In this document: piece after piece, positions 40,978 to 49,746 of the stretch
Layout of the letters: the number at the start of each line of letters is the position of its first letter
How positions within the stretch are numbered: the stretch's first letter is position 1
NCBI GenBank assembly: GCA_937988745.1
Contig: CALKAR010000207.1
Coordinates: 3,394-67,393 of the forward strand
Source of the DNA: an uncultured Peptococcaceae bacterium
Lineage (GTDB): Bacteria; Bacillota; Limnochordia; Darwinibacteriales; Darwinibacteriaceae
Direction: 5' to 3'
Length of the DNA: 64,000 nt
Notes under the pieces: model-generated
The model's database searches: none
What the model was told of the DNA's origin: nothing
The model's input: only the letters and a program-made list of their open reading frames with translations
Made by a program: the position numbers and the translations under genes

Positions 40978-41025
40978 TTAAAAGACGCAAGCTGCTGGCC
41001 CGCGCTGCGCCGGCACTTGCGTCTG
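40978..41025 (-). terminator. Hairpin with a short U-tract between the lipase-like hydrolase gene and speD (terminator or leader attenuator)
   Basis: On the minus strand AGACGCAAG-N25-CTTGCGTCT is followed by TTTTAAAT. It ends about 20 nt before the speD RBS. Confidence 0.45.
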
Positions 41026-41097
41026 CCAGACTATTGAATACCATTATGTACAACCACTTTTTGGCTGCCTTAAGAATAGCAAAATGCCCACTAACTG

Positions 41098-41931
41098 TCA
41101 ACCTCCACGACACTGGTCTAACCATGCTGTAATGGTATCTAGGACGTGGTCTTTGTCCAATTCGTTGTGAAGCTCGTGGTAAGCACCTTCCCACAGCTTG
41201 AAAATACAGGTAGAACCAATGTTTTCTGCTAGACTGCGGCTCGCTTCTGGGTCAGTAATATTATCCGCACTGCCGTGCATTAAGAGCAGCGGACTTCTAA
41301 TATTTTGTGGATTTGCCATCACCCACTCTGCTGCTTTTGTCAATTCCACAAATGTCTGCACTGTGATCAGGTTATGCACAAGAGGATCTGCTTCGTAGTC
41401 TGCCGCAACCTGTTTGTCTCGGCTGAGATTCGTGCTTGCTAACCCGTTAGGCCTGGCCAGCGCCGGTTTAACACGGACTAACAGCTGCATCAGCCCAACA
41501 GCAACCCGCGGAATCGGACTTGTTAGTTGAAGCCAAGGACTAGTTACGACGGCTCCAGCCAATGAAGGCTTCCTGCGCGCCAAGTAATTCAGTACGATGT
41601 TGCCACCCATACTGTGCCCATATAGGAACAATGGGGCACTCGGAAACATCTCATCAGCCCTCTTCAGCAGTTCACCGACTTGTTCCATGATATGTTCGTA
41701 CTTCCCCACATGTCCCCTCTCTCCAGGAGAGCGGCCGTGGCCAAGGAGATCTACTCCCAAGAACGCATATCCATGGCTGCTGAAGTGCTCAGCTGTATGC
41801 TCATAGCGGCCGATATGCTCTCCTAAACCATGAACTAAACAAATAGCGCCTCGAACCTCGTTCTTCGGCTCCCACAGCAAGCCTCTCAGTGACTGGCCCT
41901 GCCAGTTCAGAACCCATTCCCTTCCTGCCAT
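41098..41931 (-). CDS. Alpha/beta hydrolase, monoacylglycerol-lipase/lysophospholipase-like
   Basis: Motifs are VHGLGEHIGRYEH...LGHGRS, the nucleophile elbow GHSMGG, and MHGSADNITD...YHELHNE. Confidence 0.8.
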   Translation of the reverse strand: MAGREWVLNWQGQSLRGLLWEPKNEVRGAICLVHGLGEHIGRYEHTAEHFSSHGYAFLGVDLLGHGRSPGERGHVGKYEHIMEQVGELLKRADEMFPSAPLFLYGHSMGGNIVLNYLARRKPSLAGAVVTSPWLQLTSPIPRVAVGLMQLLVRVKPALARPNGLASTNLSRDKQVAADYEADPLVHNLITVQTFVELTKAAEWVMANPQNIRSPLLLMHGSADNITDPEASRSLAENIGSTCIFKLWEGAYHELHNELDKDHVLDTITAWLDQCRGG

Positions 41932-41957
41932 CTTCCTTCCCTCCCAATCAGCTCAGC

Positions 41958-42326
41958 TCAAAGCCGGCTTCCGCAGTGAGGACAGAACTGGAACTCAGCG
42001 CGCAATCGCGCACCACAGTTCTGACAGATTGGCTCCGCATAAGAAGATGTCTGCCTCACAATATGTTCAGGCCGCAGCTGAACAACCTCCCCGCGAGCAA
42101 AGCGCTCACCCACCGCAGGATCTAATTCCAACGCACGCCGGCAGCACCGTGTCTGCACAACATAGCGCCTATTCCACTTCCAAATAGGAATAAAGAAGAA
42201 ATGTAAGTAAGTATAAGCATGTATTACTTTAAACCGGTCAAACGACTCACAGCTTGGGCACACTCCACTTCCCTCATAAAGGTCTTTCCGCCCTGGCTGT
42301 ACACCAAAGATTCCTACAAAGAACAA
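41958..42326 (-). CDS. Zinc-ribbon domain membrane-associated protein
   Basis: The sequence is MFFVGIFGVQPGRKDL..CPSCESF...HAYTYLHFFFIPIWKWNRRY.V.T.CC. The C-terminal zinc ribbon is CQNCGARL....FCPHCGSRL. Confidence 0.6.
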   Translation of the reverse strand: MFFVGIFGVQPGRKDLYEGSGVCPSCESFDRFKVIHAYTYLHFFFIPIWKWNRRYVVQTRCCRRALELDPAVGERFARGEVVQLRPEHIVRQTSSYAEPICQNCGARLRAEFQFCPHCGSRL

Positions 42327-42410
42327 ACTGCACTTCCCCTTTCAGTTCAACCAAATCTTGGGCAGGAAACCCCCTATCCCAAGTGGAACACATGGGATGA
42401 GGTGACTAGC

Positions 42411-44567
42411 ATGAGTGATGCTCGGATATTTGCTTTAGATATCGGCACCCATAAAATCGCTGGGCTCTTGATGAGCCGTTCTCCTCAAGGTTATGTCATC
42501 GAACATGCCGTTATGTTTGATCAACTGCCCCAAGCCATGCGCGATGGACAGATCCACCAAATTGCCAGTGTGGCCCAAGTGGTGCGCGCGGTCAAGGCTT
42601 ATCTGGAAGAGGCCAGCGGCATTGCTTTAGAGGAAGCCGCGGTCGCGGCAGCTGGCCGTTCTCTAATAACGCGCAAGGCGAAAGCTGCCCGGACTCTGCA
42701 CCCGGCCGAACCCCTTTCCAGTGACGATGTGAAAAGCCTAGAACTTCAGGCAGTAGCTCATGCCATGGAGGAGCTCACCGCAATCTCGGGCCAAGGTGCC
42801 TTAGATAGCTACCTCTGTGTGGGCTACAGTGTGGTCCAATACTGGCTGGACGGTGCTCCGATCGGGTCCTTAGTCGGACACAGAGGTCTGAATGCTGAGG
42901 TAGAAGTGATCGCTACTTTCCTGCCCCGGGTAGTAATTGATTCTTTGACCATGGCGCTGGAAATGGCAGAGCTCAGAATGGCATCAATCACACTCGAACC
43001 AATCGCTGCTATGCATGTAATTGTTCCGCCCACAATGCGCATGCTTAACATTGCACTCGTAGATATCGGTGCTGGCACAAGTGACATTGCCCTAGCTGCC
43101 GACAGTACCATCAAGGCATACGGTATGGTAGCGGCGGCAGGCGATGAAATAACCGAGCAGATTGCCCACCGTTTCTTGTTAGATCTCACTACGGCTGAGA
43201 AAGTCAAGCAAAGAGCCAATCCAGAAACAAACGTGCAGTGCCAAGATGTCTTTGGCAATGCGCTTTCCCTCAGCTATGAGGATATTCTCGAAGCTATGCT
43301 TCCCAATGTAGAGAAGCTGGCGGATGAAATCGCCGACCAGATCACTTCGCTAAACGCGGGGCCCCCAAGCGGTGTACTGCTGGTCGGTGGAGGGAGCCAA
43401 ACGCCTAAGTTGGCGGAGCTTATTCAAGAGCGTCTTCAGCTGCCTGCGAACCTAGTACGCCTGCGCGATCGCACTAGCATAGCCAATGTAACTGGCTGCC
43501 CTGAGTTCACGGGCCCACAGGTGATTACCCCAGTCGGAATCGGCTGCGCCCATTTGGATGGCATTACTATGCAGTTTATTAACGCAGCCATCAACGAACG
43601 CCGCATTCAGTTCTTGAAAATGCCCGGGTCCTCTGTAGGTGACGCCTTGATTCAGGCAGGATACACCCAAGCAGACTTAATGGGAGCCGACGCCGGTTAC
43701 ATCAACGTGAAAATCGGCGGCCGTTCTCTCGAACTGCCCCGCATACAGGGCACCACTGCCCGGGTCATAGTAAATGGACAGGAAGCCGATTTGTCAACAC
43801 CGATTTCGGATAACGCTATAGTAGAAGTCCGCCCAGCTGATCCGCAAAATCTCATCCCGATCCGCTTAGCGGATCTCCTAGACTCCGATGCGGCCTGCTT
43901 TGGCGTGAAGCTAAATGGCGAACCCATTACGATTGAACCCTTAGTTTTGGTAAACGGAAAACGGCAGAGCATGGATTATGAGCTAAACGACGGCGACGAA
44001 GTCGAAGTGGTTCCGATTCAGACCATCGGCGAACTTCTTGAAACGCGCGGGATTGAACTCTATTACCAAGTGAGCTACTTCCTAAACGGCGAAGCCCGCA
44101 CCGTATCGCGGCCGCTGGCAATCACCGTCGCCGGTCAAGCTGTAAGCCATCACACTGGCCTTATTCCTGATATGGAAATATGGTATGAAGTGCCCCGGAT
44201 CACCCTGAAGGACATTCTGCCGGATAATTTAGCTCAACCGATTACGGTCACAGTCAACGGTCAATCGGTGACTTTGGAGCCAGAAGACATCAAAGCTCAT
44301 GTGAATGGTGAGCTCCAATCCCTCGACTACACGATTCGGGACGGGGACCAGATTGCATATGATGAAAAGAGCTTTTCCTTCATCGTCACGGATATCTTCC
44401 GCGTATACGAACCTGATCCCCAGTTTACTGCTGCGGGCGGTCAAATCACAGTCAACGACAAAATGGTCGGCTTTACTGCACCTTTAAAAGACGGTGATGT
44501 TATAGAACTTATTCCACAACCTGATAACCATGCCGTTCGAAGGCTTCCTTTACATCGTCCAGATTAA
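42411..44567 (+). CDS. FtsA/PilM-like actin-fold ATPase with a C-terminal array of about 330 aa of beta-grasp (ThiS/MoaD-like) repeats
   Basis: The actin-fold motifs are FALDIGTHKIAG, LVDIGAGTSDIAL and LLVGGGSQTPKL. The C-terminus carries repeated ..V.VNG..v.L..p..DGD.vEvvP segments. The start was moved to ATG 42411 after GAGGTG, because the track start would overlap the divergent gene. Confidence 0.65.
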   Translation: MSDARIFALDIGTHKIAGLLMSRSPQGYVIEHAVMFDQLPQAMRDGQIHQIASVAQVVRAVKAYLEEASGIALEEAAVAAAGRSLITRKAKAARTLHPAEPLSSDDVKSLELQAVAHAMEELTAISGQGALDSYLCVGYSVVQYWLDGAPIGSLVGHRGLNAEVEVIATFLPRVVIDSLTMALEMAELRMASITLEPIAAMHVIVPPTMRMLNIALVDIGAGTSDIALAADSTIKAYGMVAAAGDEITEQIAHRFLLDLTTAEKVKQRANPETNVQCQDVFGNALSLSYEDILEAMLPNVEKLADEIADQITSLNAGPPSGVLLVGGGSQTPKLAELIQERLQLPANLVRLRDRTSIANVTGCPEFTGPQVITPVGIGCAHLDGITMQFINAAINERRIQFLKMPGSSVGDALIQAGYTQADLMGADAGYINVKIGGRSLELPRIQGTTARVIVNGQEADLSTPISDNAIVEVRPADPQNLIPIRLADLLDSDAACFGVKLNGEPITIEPLVLVNGKRQSMDYELNDGDEVEVVPIQTIGELLETRGIELYYQVSYFLNGEARTVSRPLAITVAGQAVSHHTGLIPDMEIWYEVPRITLKDILPDNLAQPITVTVNGQSVTLEPEDIKAHVNGELQSLDYTIRDGDQIAYDEKSFSFIVTDIFRVYEPDPQFTAAGGQITVNDKMVGFTAPLKDGDVIELIPQPDNHAVRRLPLHRPD

Positions 44568-44733
44568 TGCGGCGCATTCGGGCACCCTTGGGAATGGTCA
44601 TCACCCGGCCAACTGTGCCCAGCATGCCCGGCTTTGTGATTTCAGAAAAACCCACTTCTGCCAAGATCGCCACCGCTTCGGGGTGTTCTTGGCAGATTTC
44701 ATATACCGACTTCTTAAGGTCGACAATCTTCAT
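44509..44733 (-). CDS. DUF1858 domain protein
   Basis: MKIVDLKKSVYEICQEHPEAVAILAEVGFSEITKPGMLGTVGRVMTIPKGARMRRINLDDVKEAFERHGYQV matches my memory of clostridial stand-alone DUF1858 proteins. The RBS is GAGGAGG. Its 3' end overlaps the convergent FtsA-like gene by 59 nt. Confidence 0.6.
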   Translation of the reverse strand: MKIVDLKKSVYEICQEHPEAVAILAEVGFSEITKPGMLGTVGRVMTIPKGARMRRINLDDVKEAFERHGYQVVE

Positions 44734-44744
44734 GGGAGCCTCCT

Positions 44745-45269
44745 CTAATCCTGTCTAGGCGCGCAGTTCCAGCTCACCATTTCTTCGAATTCTCTGCGCG
44801 GCCGCGCTTTTTGCTCCTCCTCTGCTGGATAACCCATGGGAAGCAGCGCTACTACCTCTAAATGCTCTGGTAGTTCAAGGACTTTATGTGCGAGTTCTGC
44901 GTCAAATGCACATACCCAACAGGTTCCAAGGCCCAGTGCTGTGGCGGCCAGAGTCATATGGTCAACCGCAATAGCCACGTCGATGTCGCAGTGGTCTTTG
45001 CCATCAGCTCGCTTCCACGATAGACTGTGATCGCCGATAGCTGCGATAACAACCGGGGCCTTCTTGAACCAATCCCGCGAATACGCCTGAGAAATCCTCT
45101 CTTTCAGTTCAGGATCTGTTATCACAATAAAATGCCGAGGCTGATAGTTCACCGCCGAAGGTGAAACACGAGCAGCCTCTAATACCTGCATAATCTTTTC
45201 TTTTTCCACTGGGCGGTCGGCGAATTTCCGCACCGACCGTCTCTGTTTTAGTACTTCAAACAGCTCCAT
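44745..45269 (-). CDS. Nitroreductase-family FMN oxidoreductase
   Basis: The sequence is MELFEVLKQRRSVRKFADRPVEKEKI..VLEAARVSPSAVNYQP..F.V. The start was moved to ATG 45269 after GAGGAGG. Confidence 0.85.
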   Translation of the reverse strand: MELFEVLKQRRSVRKFADRPVEKEKIMQVLEAARVSPSAVNYQPRHFIVITDPELKERISQAYSRDWFKKAPVVIAAIGDHSLSWKRADGKDHCDIDVAIAVDHMTLAATALGLGTCWVCAFDAELAHKVLELPEHLEVVALLPMGYPAEEEQKARPRREFEEMVSWNCAPRQD

Positions 45270-45355
45270 CAACGAACCTCCTCTGCAGCACCAATTAGTG
45301 CCAAAATGTGGTTGTGCCAAATTTCTTCGCCTCATGAGGTATTATTCCTTCATAT

Positions 45356-45398
45356 AAAAAAACCATGGCTCGGGTTCAAATTACCTCAAGCCATGGTT
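45356..45398 (-). terminator. Strong intrinsic terminator after the single-domain FMN_bind gene
   Basis: A perfect 10-bp stem pairs AACCATGGCT (45361-45370) with AGCCATGGTT (45389-45398). On the minus strand TTTTTTT follows. Confidence 0.8.
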
Positions 45399-45417
45399 TT
45401 TACTATTTTTCACTATA

Positions 45418-45942
45418 TTACTCAGCGACCTTGGCAGCCTCGACAATAGCTCTCAGATAGCCGTCAGTGTCAACCAGGGTAGCGCCGGTTACAGTGTCAA
45501 CAAGGTCAGTCTTGCTGTAAGAAGCAAGAATGTTTTCCAGTTCGGCAATGGTCTTGCCTTCAGCGAAAGCTTCGATAGCTCTGAAGTTATCAGCGATGGA
45601 TACGGTGGAACCTGCTCTAGCCATGTTGTTGCTGTAGTAGTCGCTGTTAACCTTCTTGGAGGCCAAAACGCGCTCAGGGTTAGCAAAATCAGCAGCAAAA
45701 CCGTTGGCTACATCAGAGTTGGGAACACCAACTGCTTCAGCAGCAGGCAGGAACTGATACTCATCAATGTATGCACGAATGATTGTGTCGCCTTCAAGAA
45801 CAACAAAAGCAATAGTAAAGCATTTGTTGCCGTGAGCAGCCCATTCAACTTTACCAACCTTCAGATCAGCAGCCAGAGCGCTGGAAGCAAAAATGCCAAA
45901 TACGAGTACTGCAGCGAGTACAAGATTAAGAGCCTTTCTCAT
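45418..45942 (-). CDS. Secreted protein with a C-terminal FMN_bind-type flavinylation motif
   Basis: The signal peptide is MRKALNLVLAAVLVFGIFASSALA. The C-terminal DTVTGATLVDTDG matches the D..[ST]GA[TS] covalent FMN attachment motif. Confidence 0.6.
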   Translation of the reverse strand: MRKALNLVLAAVLVFGIFASSALAADLKVGKVEWAAHGNKCFTIAFVVLEGDTIIRAYIDEYQFLPAAEAVGVPNSDVANGFAADFANPERVLASKKVNSDYYSNNMARAGSTVSIADNFRAIEAFAEGKTIAELENILASYSKTDLVDTVTGATLVDTDGYLRAIVEAAKVAE

Positions 45943-45985
45943 GTGAAACCCCTTCCTGGAATTGGTATCAATATAAACTAGTTTA

Positions 45986-46061
45986 GATAAACGCGTTTAT
46001 CCTTTGCTCATTATATAGGGGGATCTTGATAAAGTCAATAGGGAATGTGCGTGCAATCACA
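45986..46061 (-). promoter_or_regulatory. Near-consensus promoter TTGACT-17-TATAAT flanked by a 16-bp perfect palindrome and a CRP/FNR-like box
   Basis: On the minus strand the -35 is the reverse complement of 46033-46038, and the -10 is the reverse complement of 46010-46015 after a 17-nt spacer. The perfect palindrome GATAAACGCGTTTATC (45986-46001) lies just downstream of the -10. TGTGCGTGCAATCACA (46046-46061) lies just upstream of the -35. Confidence 0.6.
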
Positions 46062-46100
46062 TTTTGGTGAAAACAATTAATACCAGGGTTTGTGCCTGGT

Positions 46101-47066
46101 TTATTGCCGCTCCAGCGACAGTTCCCTGATGATTTCACCGATGGTTTCAGCACTGCGCCGGAAAGCCCGCCGCTCCTCCTCACTAATGTTGAGCTCAATT
46201 AAGCGCTGTACTCCACGTCTGTTTAGAACAGCCGGCACTGACAAATAAAGATCAGAAACACCTAGGTGTCCATCCAACAGCGTTGAGACGGTAAGCACTG
46301 AGTTTTCATGCCGAAGAATCGTTTCACAGATTTCAACCAGTGCTAAACCAATGGCATAGTAGGTAGCCCGTTTCTTCTCAATGATGTGGTATGCAGCATC
46401 CCGCACCTGAGTAAAAATAGCGTCACGCTCGTCTTGATGACAGGCGCGCTCACAAGCAAGGCAGTATTGGTCGAATTTCATTCCAGCCACGTTCGCCAGG
46501 CTCCACAGAGGAACCTCGGTGTCGCCATGTTCACCCACAATATAGGCATGTACGTTTTTCACATCAACTCCACAGTGCTGACTGAGCAAAAAACGAAAGC
46601 GAGCAGTGTCAAGCACTGTACCTGAACCAATAACCTGATGGGCTGGCATTCCAGATAACTTGTAGGCGACATAAGCCATCACGTCGACCGGATTAGTTAC
46701 AATCAGCAGAATAGCTTCCTTAGTATACCGAGTGATTTCTGGGATAATCTGTTTGTATATTTCCACATTGCGGTGCACCAGGTCCAGCCGAGTTTCATCT
46801 GGCTTCTGCGCAGCACCTGCGGTTACGACCACGATATCTGCCCCAGTACAGTCCGCATAGGTCCCGGTCCGAATCTGCGCGGGTTGAGTAAAAGCCATAC
46901 CATGGTTCAAATCCATAGATTCACCTTCGGCCCGGTCTGCATTCTGGTCGATCAGCACGATTTCAGAACATACTCCTCTGATCATGAGCGCATAAGCGAA
47001 GGTCGCACCGACAAAACCGGTTCCTACTATTACTACTTTCCCCCGAGTTCTTGGGATATCAGTCAC
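46101..47066 (-). CDS. ldh: L-lactate dehydrogenase
   Basis: Motifs are KVVIVGTGFVGATFAYAL, DLNHG, VTAGA.QKPGETRLDL, GEHGD and RDAAY.IIE.KRATYYAIG. The start was moved to GTG 47066, 5 nt after AGGAGGG. Confidence 0.9.
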   Translation of the reverse strand: MTDIPRTRGKVVIVGTGFVGATFAYALMIRGVCSEIVLIDQNADRAEGESMDLNHGMAFTQPAQIRTGTYADCTGADIVVVTAGAAQKPDETRLDLVHRNVEIYKQIIPEITRYTKEAILLIVTNPVDVMAYVAYKLSGMPAHQVIGSGTVLDTARFRFLLSQHCGVDVKNVHAYIVGEHGDTEVPLWSLANVAGMKFDQYCLACERACHQDERDAIFTQVRDAAYHIIEKKRATYYAIGLALVEICETILRHENSVLTVSTLLDGHLGVSDLYLSVPAVLNRRGVQRLIELNISEEERRAFRRSAETIGEIIRELSLERQ

Positions 47067-47228
47067 CGGATTCCCTCCTAAAGTGTCTAAGTTAGCAATT
47101 CCTAAGTTTGTCACTAATGTTTTCTGCAAACGCTGAAAATTTCCTTCCTATCTGCCCAAAAGTAGGATTTAGCTGGGAGAACATAGAAGTAATTAGACAA
47201 AAACTCTGCTGCAAAGGGGAGTCTAGAC

Positions 47229-47999
47229 ATGGGAAGTTCAATTAATATCTTGAACTTTGATAATGTCTACCTCAGTCAGCGATTCTACGAAACCGCCAGC
47301 ACAACATGGGTAGACCTAACCGATCTTAGAAACATAAACCGCTGCTGTGAGCTGGCGTCTTTAAAAAAGATAGACGGTCGTTTACAACAAGCGCGGCACC
47401 GCGTTACTTTCATAGGGAGCGGTAATTATCACTACGTCACCCTGCTCTTCCTCAGGCGGGTGAAAGTTCCCTTTACTCTCATTTTGATTGACAACCACAC
47501 AGACCTAGATCCGCTCCTGAGTGACTCCTTGGTCAGCTGTGGCTCTTGGGTAACCCTAGCATTGAGAACGCTGCCGCTGCTGAAAAAAGTCATCTTAGTC
47601 GGAACCGCTGATCATTATGCGGCTGAAATACCGCTAGGTGTACGTGATAGGGTGGCTGTCTTTTCGCAAACACAGCTCCGTAGGCGTCCCTGGCTGAAAC
47701 ATGCTATCGCCCGTGCTACACCCACACAGGCTGTTTATATAAGCATTGACAAAGACGTGCTTCATGATACAGAAGTTTTCACTAATTGGGACCAAGGAAA
47801 CTTGACCTTGACCGAACTTCTAGCCATCCTTTACAGCCTGCGCAGGGCTAAGAAAGTATGGGGTATGGACGTCTGCGGTGAATACGAAAGCGATCCTCTA
47901 AAAGCCCTCAGTTTGGAAATCAGGTACTGGGCACAAAAAAACAGCCAGGTGAACCGTGCTCTCCTGGCTGCTGCCGCTAATCTCTCACAAGCAAGCTGA
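47229..47999 (+). CDS. Short arginase/ureohydrolase-fold protein (256 aa)
   Basis: Metal-ligand-like motifs appear in the right order: GSGNYH, LIDNHTDLD (DxHxD), YISIDKDVL (SxDxD) and MDVCGE. It is much shorter than canonical arginases or agmatinases. Confidence 0.5.
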   Translation: MGSSINILNFDNVYLSQRFYETASTTWVDLTDLRNINRCCELASLKKIDGRLQQARHRVTFIGSGNYHYVTLLFLRRVKVPFTLILIDNHTDLDPLLSDSLVSCGSWVTLALRTLPLLKKVILVGTADHYAAEIPLGVRDRVAVFSQTQLRRRPWLKHAIARATPTQAVYISIDKDVLHDTEVFTNWDQGNLTLTELLAILYSLRRAKKVWGMDVCGEYESDPLKALSLEIRYWAQKNSQVNRALLAAAANLSQAS

Positions 48000-48000
48000 T

Positions 48001-48030
48001 TCCCCAGGAAAAACCTGGGGAATTCTTTTA
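48001..48030. terminator. Bidirectional hairpin between the arginase-fold gene and the convergent MCP gene
   Basis: TCCCCAGG-AAAAA-CCTGGGGA is followed by ATTCTTTT. The tail overlaps the MCP stop codon. Confidence 0.6.
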
Positions 48031-49605
48031 TGCAATCCTAAACTGACCAACCAGCGCGTCCAATCTTTGGGCCAGATCATGCAATTGGCTGGTGATGTGG
48101 GCCAGCTCCTGCGTCGAAGCCGACTGCTCTTCTGTAATGGCGGCAATCTGCTGGCTGCTCGAACCGATCGTTTGGATTCCATCTACAATCGACTGAATCT
48201 GAACGATCATATGCTCTACAGAACGAAGGACATTCTCCAGTACCTCACCGCTTTCCTGGATAGCCTGACTGTTTTCCCTAGCTTTATCGGCACCAATGCG
48301 CATGTTTTCGATAGCAGCACTGGTATCAGCTTGAATTTCCCGAATCAGCTGGGCTATGTCAGTCGCGGCCCTGCCCGACTGCTCAGCAAGTTCCCGTACT
48401 TCCTCTGCAACGACTGCAAAGCCGCGGCCCTGTTCACCAGCACGCGCTGCCTCGATGGCAGCATTTAGAGCAAGCAGGTTTGTCTGGTCTGCAATACCAG
48501 AAATCACGCTGATAATCTGTTCAATTTGACCAGAACGCTGCCCCAGGTCTGCCACTACATCAGCCAGCTGGCTGATGGCAGTATGCAGTTCCTCACTCTT
48601 CGCTATGCTGTTCTCCAGAGCACTGCGGCCTCGATTTGTTTCATCAGAGACTGCGCGCGCAACTGCCGCAACATCCTGCGAATCACTGGAAACCGCATCT
48701 GTTACAGAGGCTAATTCATTCATGGTGCTGGCCACTTCTTCAATAGCAGCACTCGATTCTTGAGCCGCATCATGAAGATGGCGACTGACGCCCTCGACCT
48801 CTCCAGAACCATCCATCACTCTCTTAATCAGCTCTCTCAAGTTGCTCAGCGTGGCGTTCAGCGCTGAGGCCATTTGGCCTACCTCGTCGCCCCGATCTAG
48901 TTCTGCCTTCTGGGTCAGATCACCGCTGGCCATGGCGCGTAGCACTGTCAGAAGCTCAGCAACGGCCTTCGACAGAGATGTTGACATAAAAACTGCCGTT
49001 GTGATTGCGATCACGATCGCAGAAAAGCCGCCAAAGACCATCACGCGCGACGTAATTTCTTGAAGGGAAGCACTGCGCGCAGTGCGTTCTTCTAAGAGGG
49101 CCATTTCGGCTGCAGAGATATCAGCAATCAGGGCCTGCATCGCATCCATCTGCGCTTTGCCCTCTTCCCTCCCGAGAAATTCTGCAATTTCACTCAGAGA
49201 CCGGCCAGTGGTAGTCAAGACAAAAGCTGGTTCCACAAATGCCCTATCCCACTCTTCATGAATACGCCACAACTCCTCGAGGCGGGCCAGCTGGTCCGGA
49301 TTGTCATGATACCGTTCCCTTGCCAGTTCCACCTGGTTCTGAAACTCAATCTGACCCTCGCTGTAGGGTTTCAAAATGGGCGAGGCTCCTGTAATCACAT
49401 AACCCCGCATACCCGTTTCCATTTTAAGCAGACTGATAAGCATTTCATCAATGTCTCGAACTGCTTCGAAGCTGTCATTGTTAAGCGCAATGGCTTTTGT
49501 TTGGTTCTGAAGTACAGCGTATGATATTCCTAAAACCACTGCGTTGATAAAGATAATGATGCCGAATACAACAAAAAGCTTAGTTCTCAGCGTCCAATGC
49601 TTCAT
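48028..49605 (-). CDS. Methyl-accepting chemotaxis protein with a CHASE3-like sensor and HAMP
   Basis: An N-terminal TM is followed by ..[18 protein letters not shown]....L.PY..G (CHASE3-like), a second TM, HAMP and the signalling hairpin [39 protein letters not shown]. Confidence 0.85.
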   Translation of the reverse strand: MKHWTLRTKLFVVFGIIIFINAVVLGISYAVLQNQTKAIALNNDSFEAVRDIDEMLISLLKMETGMRGYVITGASPILKPYSEGQIEFQNQVELARERYHDNPDQLARLEELWRIHEEWDRAFVEPAFVLTTTGRSLSEIAEFLGREEGKAQMDAMQALIADISAAEMALLEERTARSASLQEITSRVMVFGGFSAIVIAITTAVFMSTSLSKAVAELLTVLRAMASGDLTQKAELDRGDEVGQMASALNATLSNLRELIKRVMDGSGEVEGVSRHLHDAAQESSAAIEEVASTMNELASVTDAVSSDSQDVAAVARAVSDETNRGRSALENSIAKSEELHTAISQLADVVADLGQRSGQIEQIISVISGIADQTNLLALNAAIEAARAGEQGRGFAVVAEEVRELAEQSGRAATDIAQLIREIQADTSAAIENMRIGADKARENSQAIQESGEVLENVLRSVEHMIVQIQSIVDGIQTIGSSSQQIAAITEEQSASTQELAHITSQLHDLAQRLDALVGQFRIA

Positions 49606-49746
49606 ACTCTATCCCTCCCTGGCTCTATTTTCGAGACTACATTATCATCTTCGTCACTTCCAACAATTTCCCTGCGTCACAATAATACCATTGCGCTGGG
49701 CAAAAGCCTGGGTTACAATGTATTCATACGGTTGGAGGTTAGCATA

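Noticed and set aside
47956-48468. Track ORF of 170 aa on the plus strand that spans the end of the arginase-fold gene and the MCP gene.
   Set aside because: It crosses a terminator hairpin and is antisense to the highly conserved MCP signalling domain.
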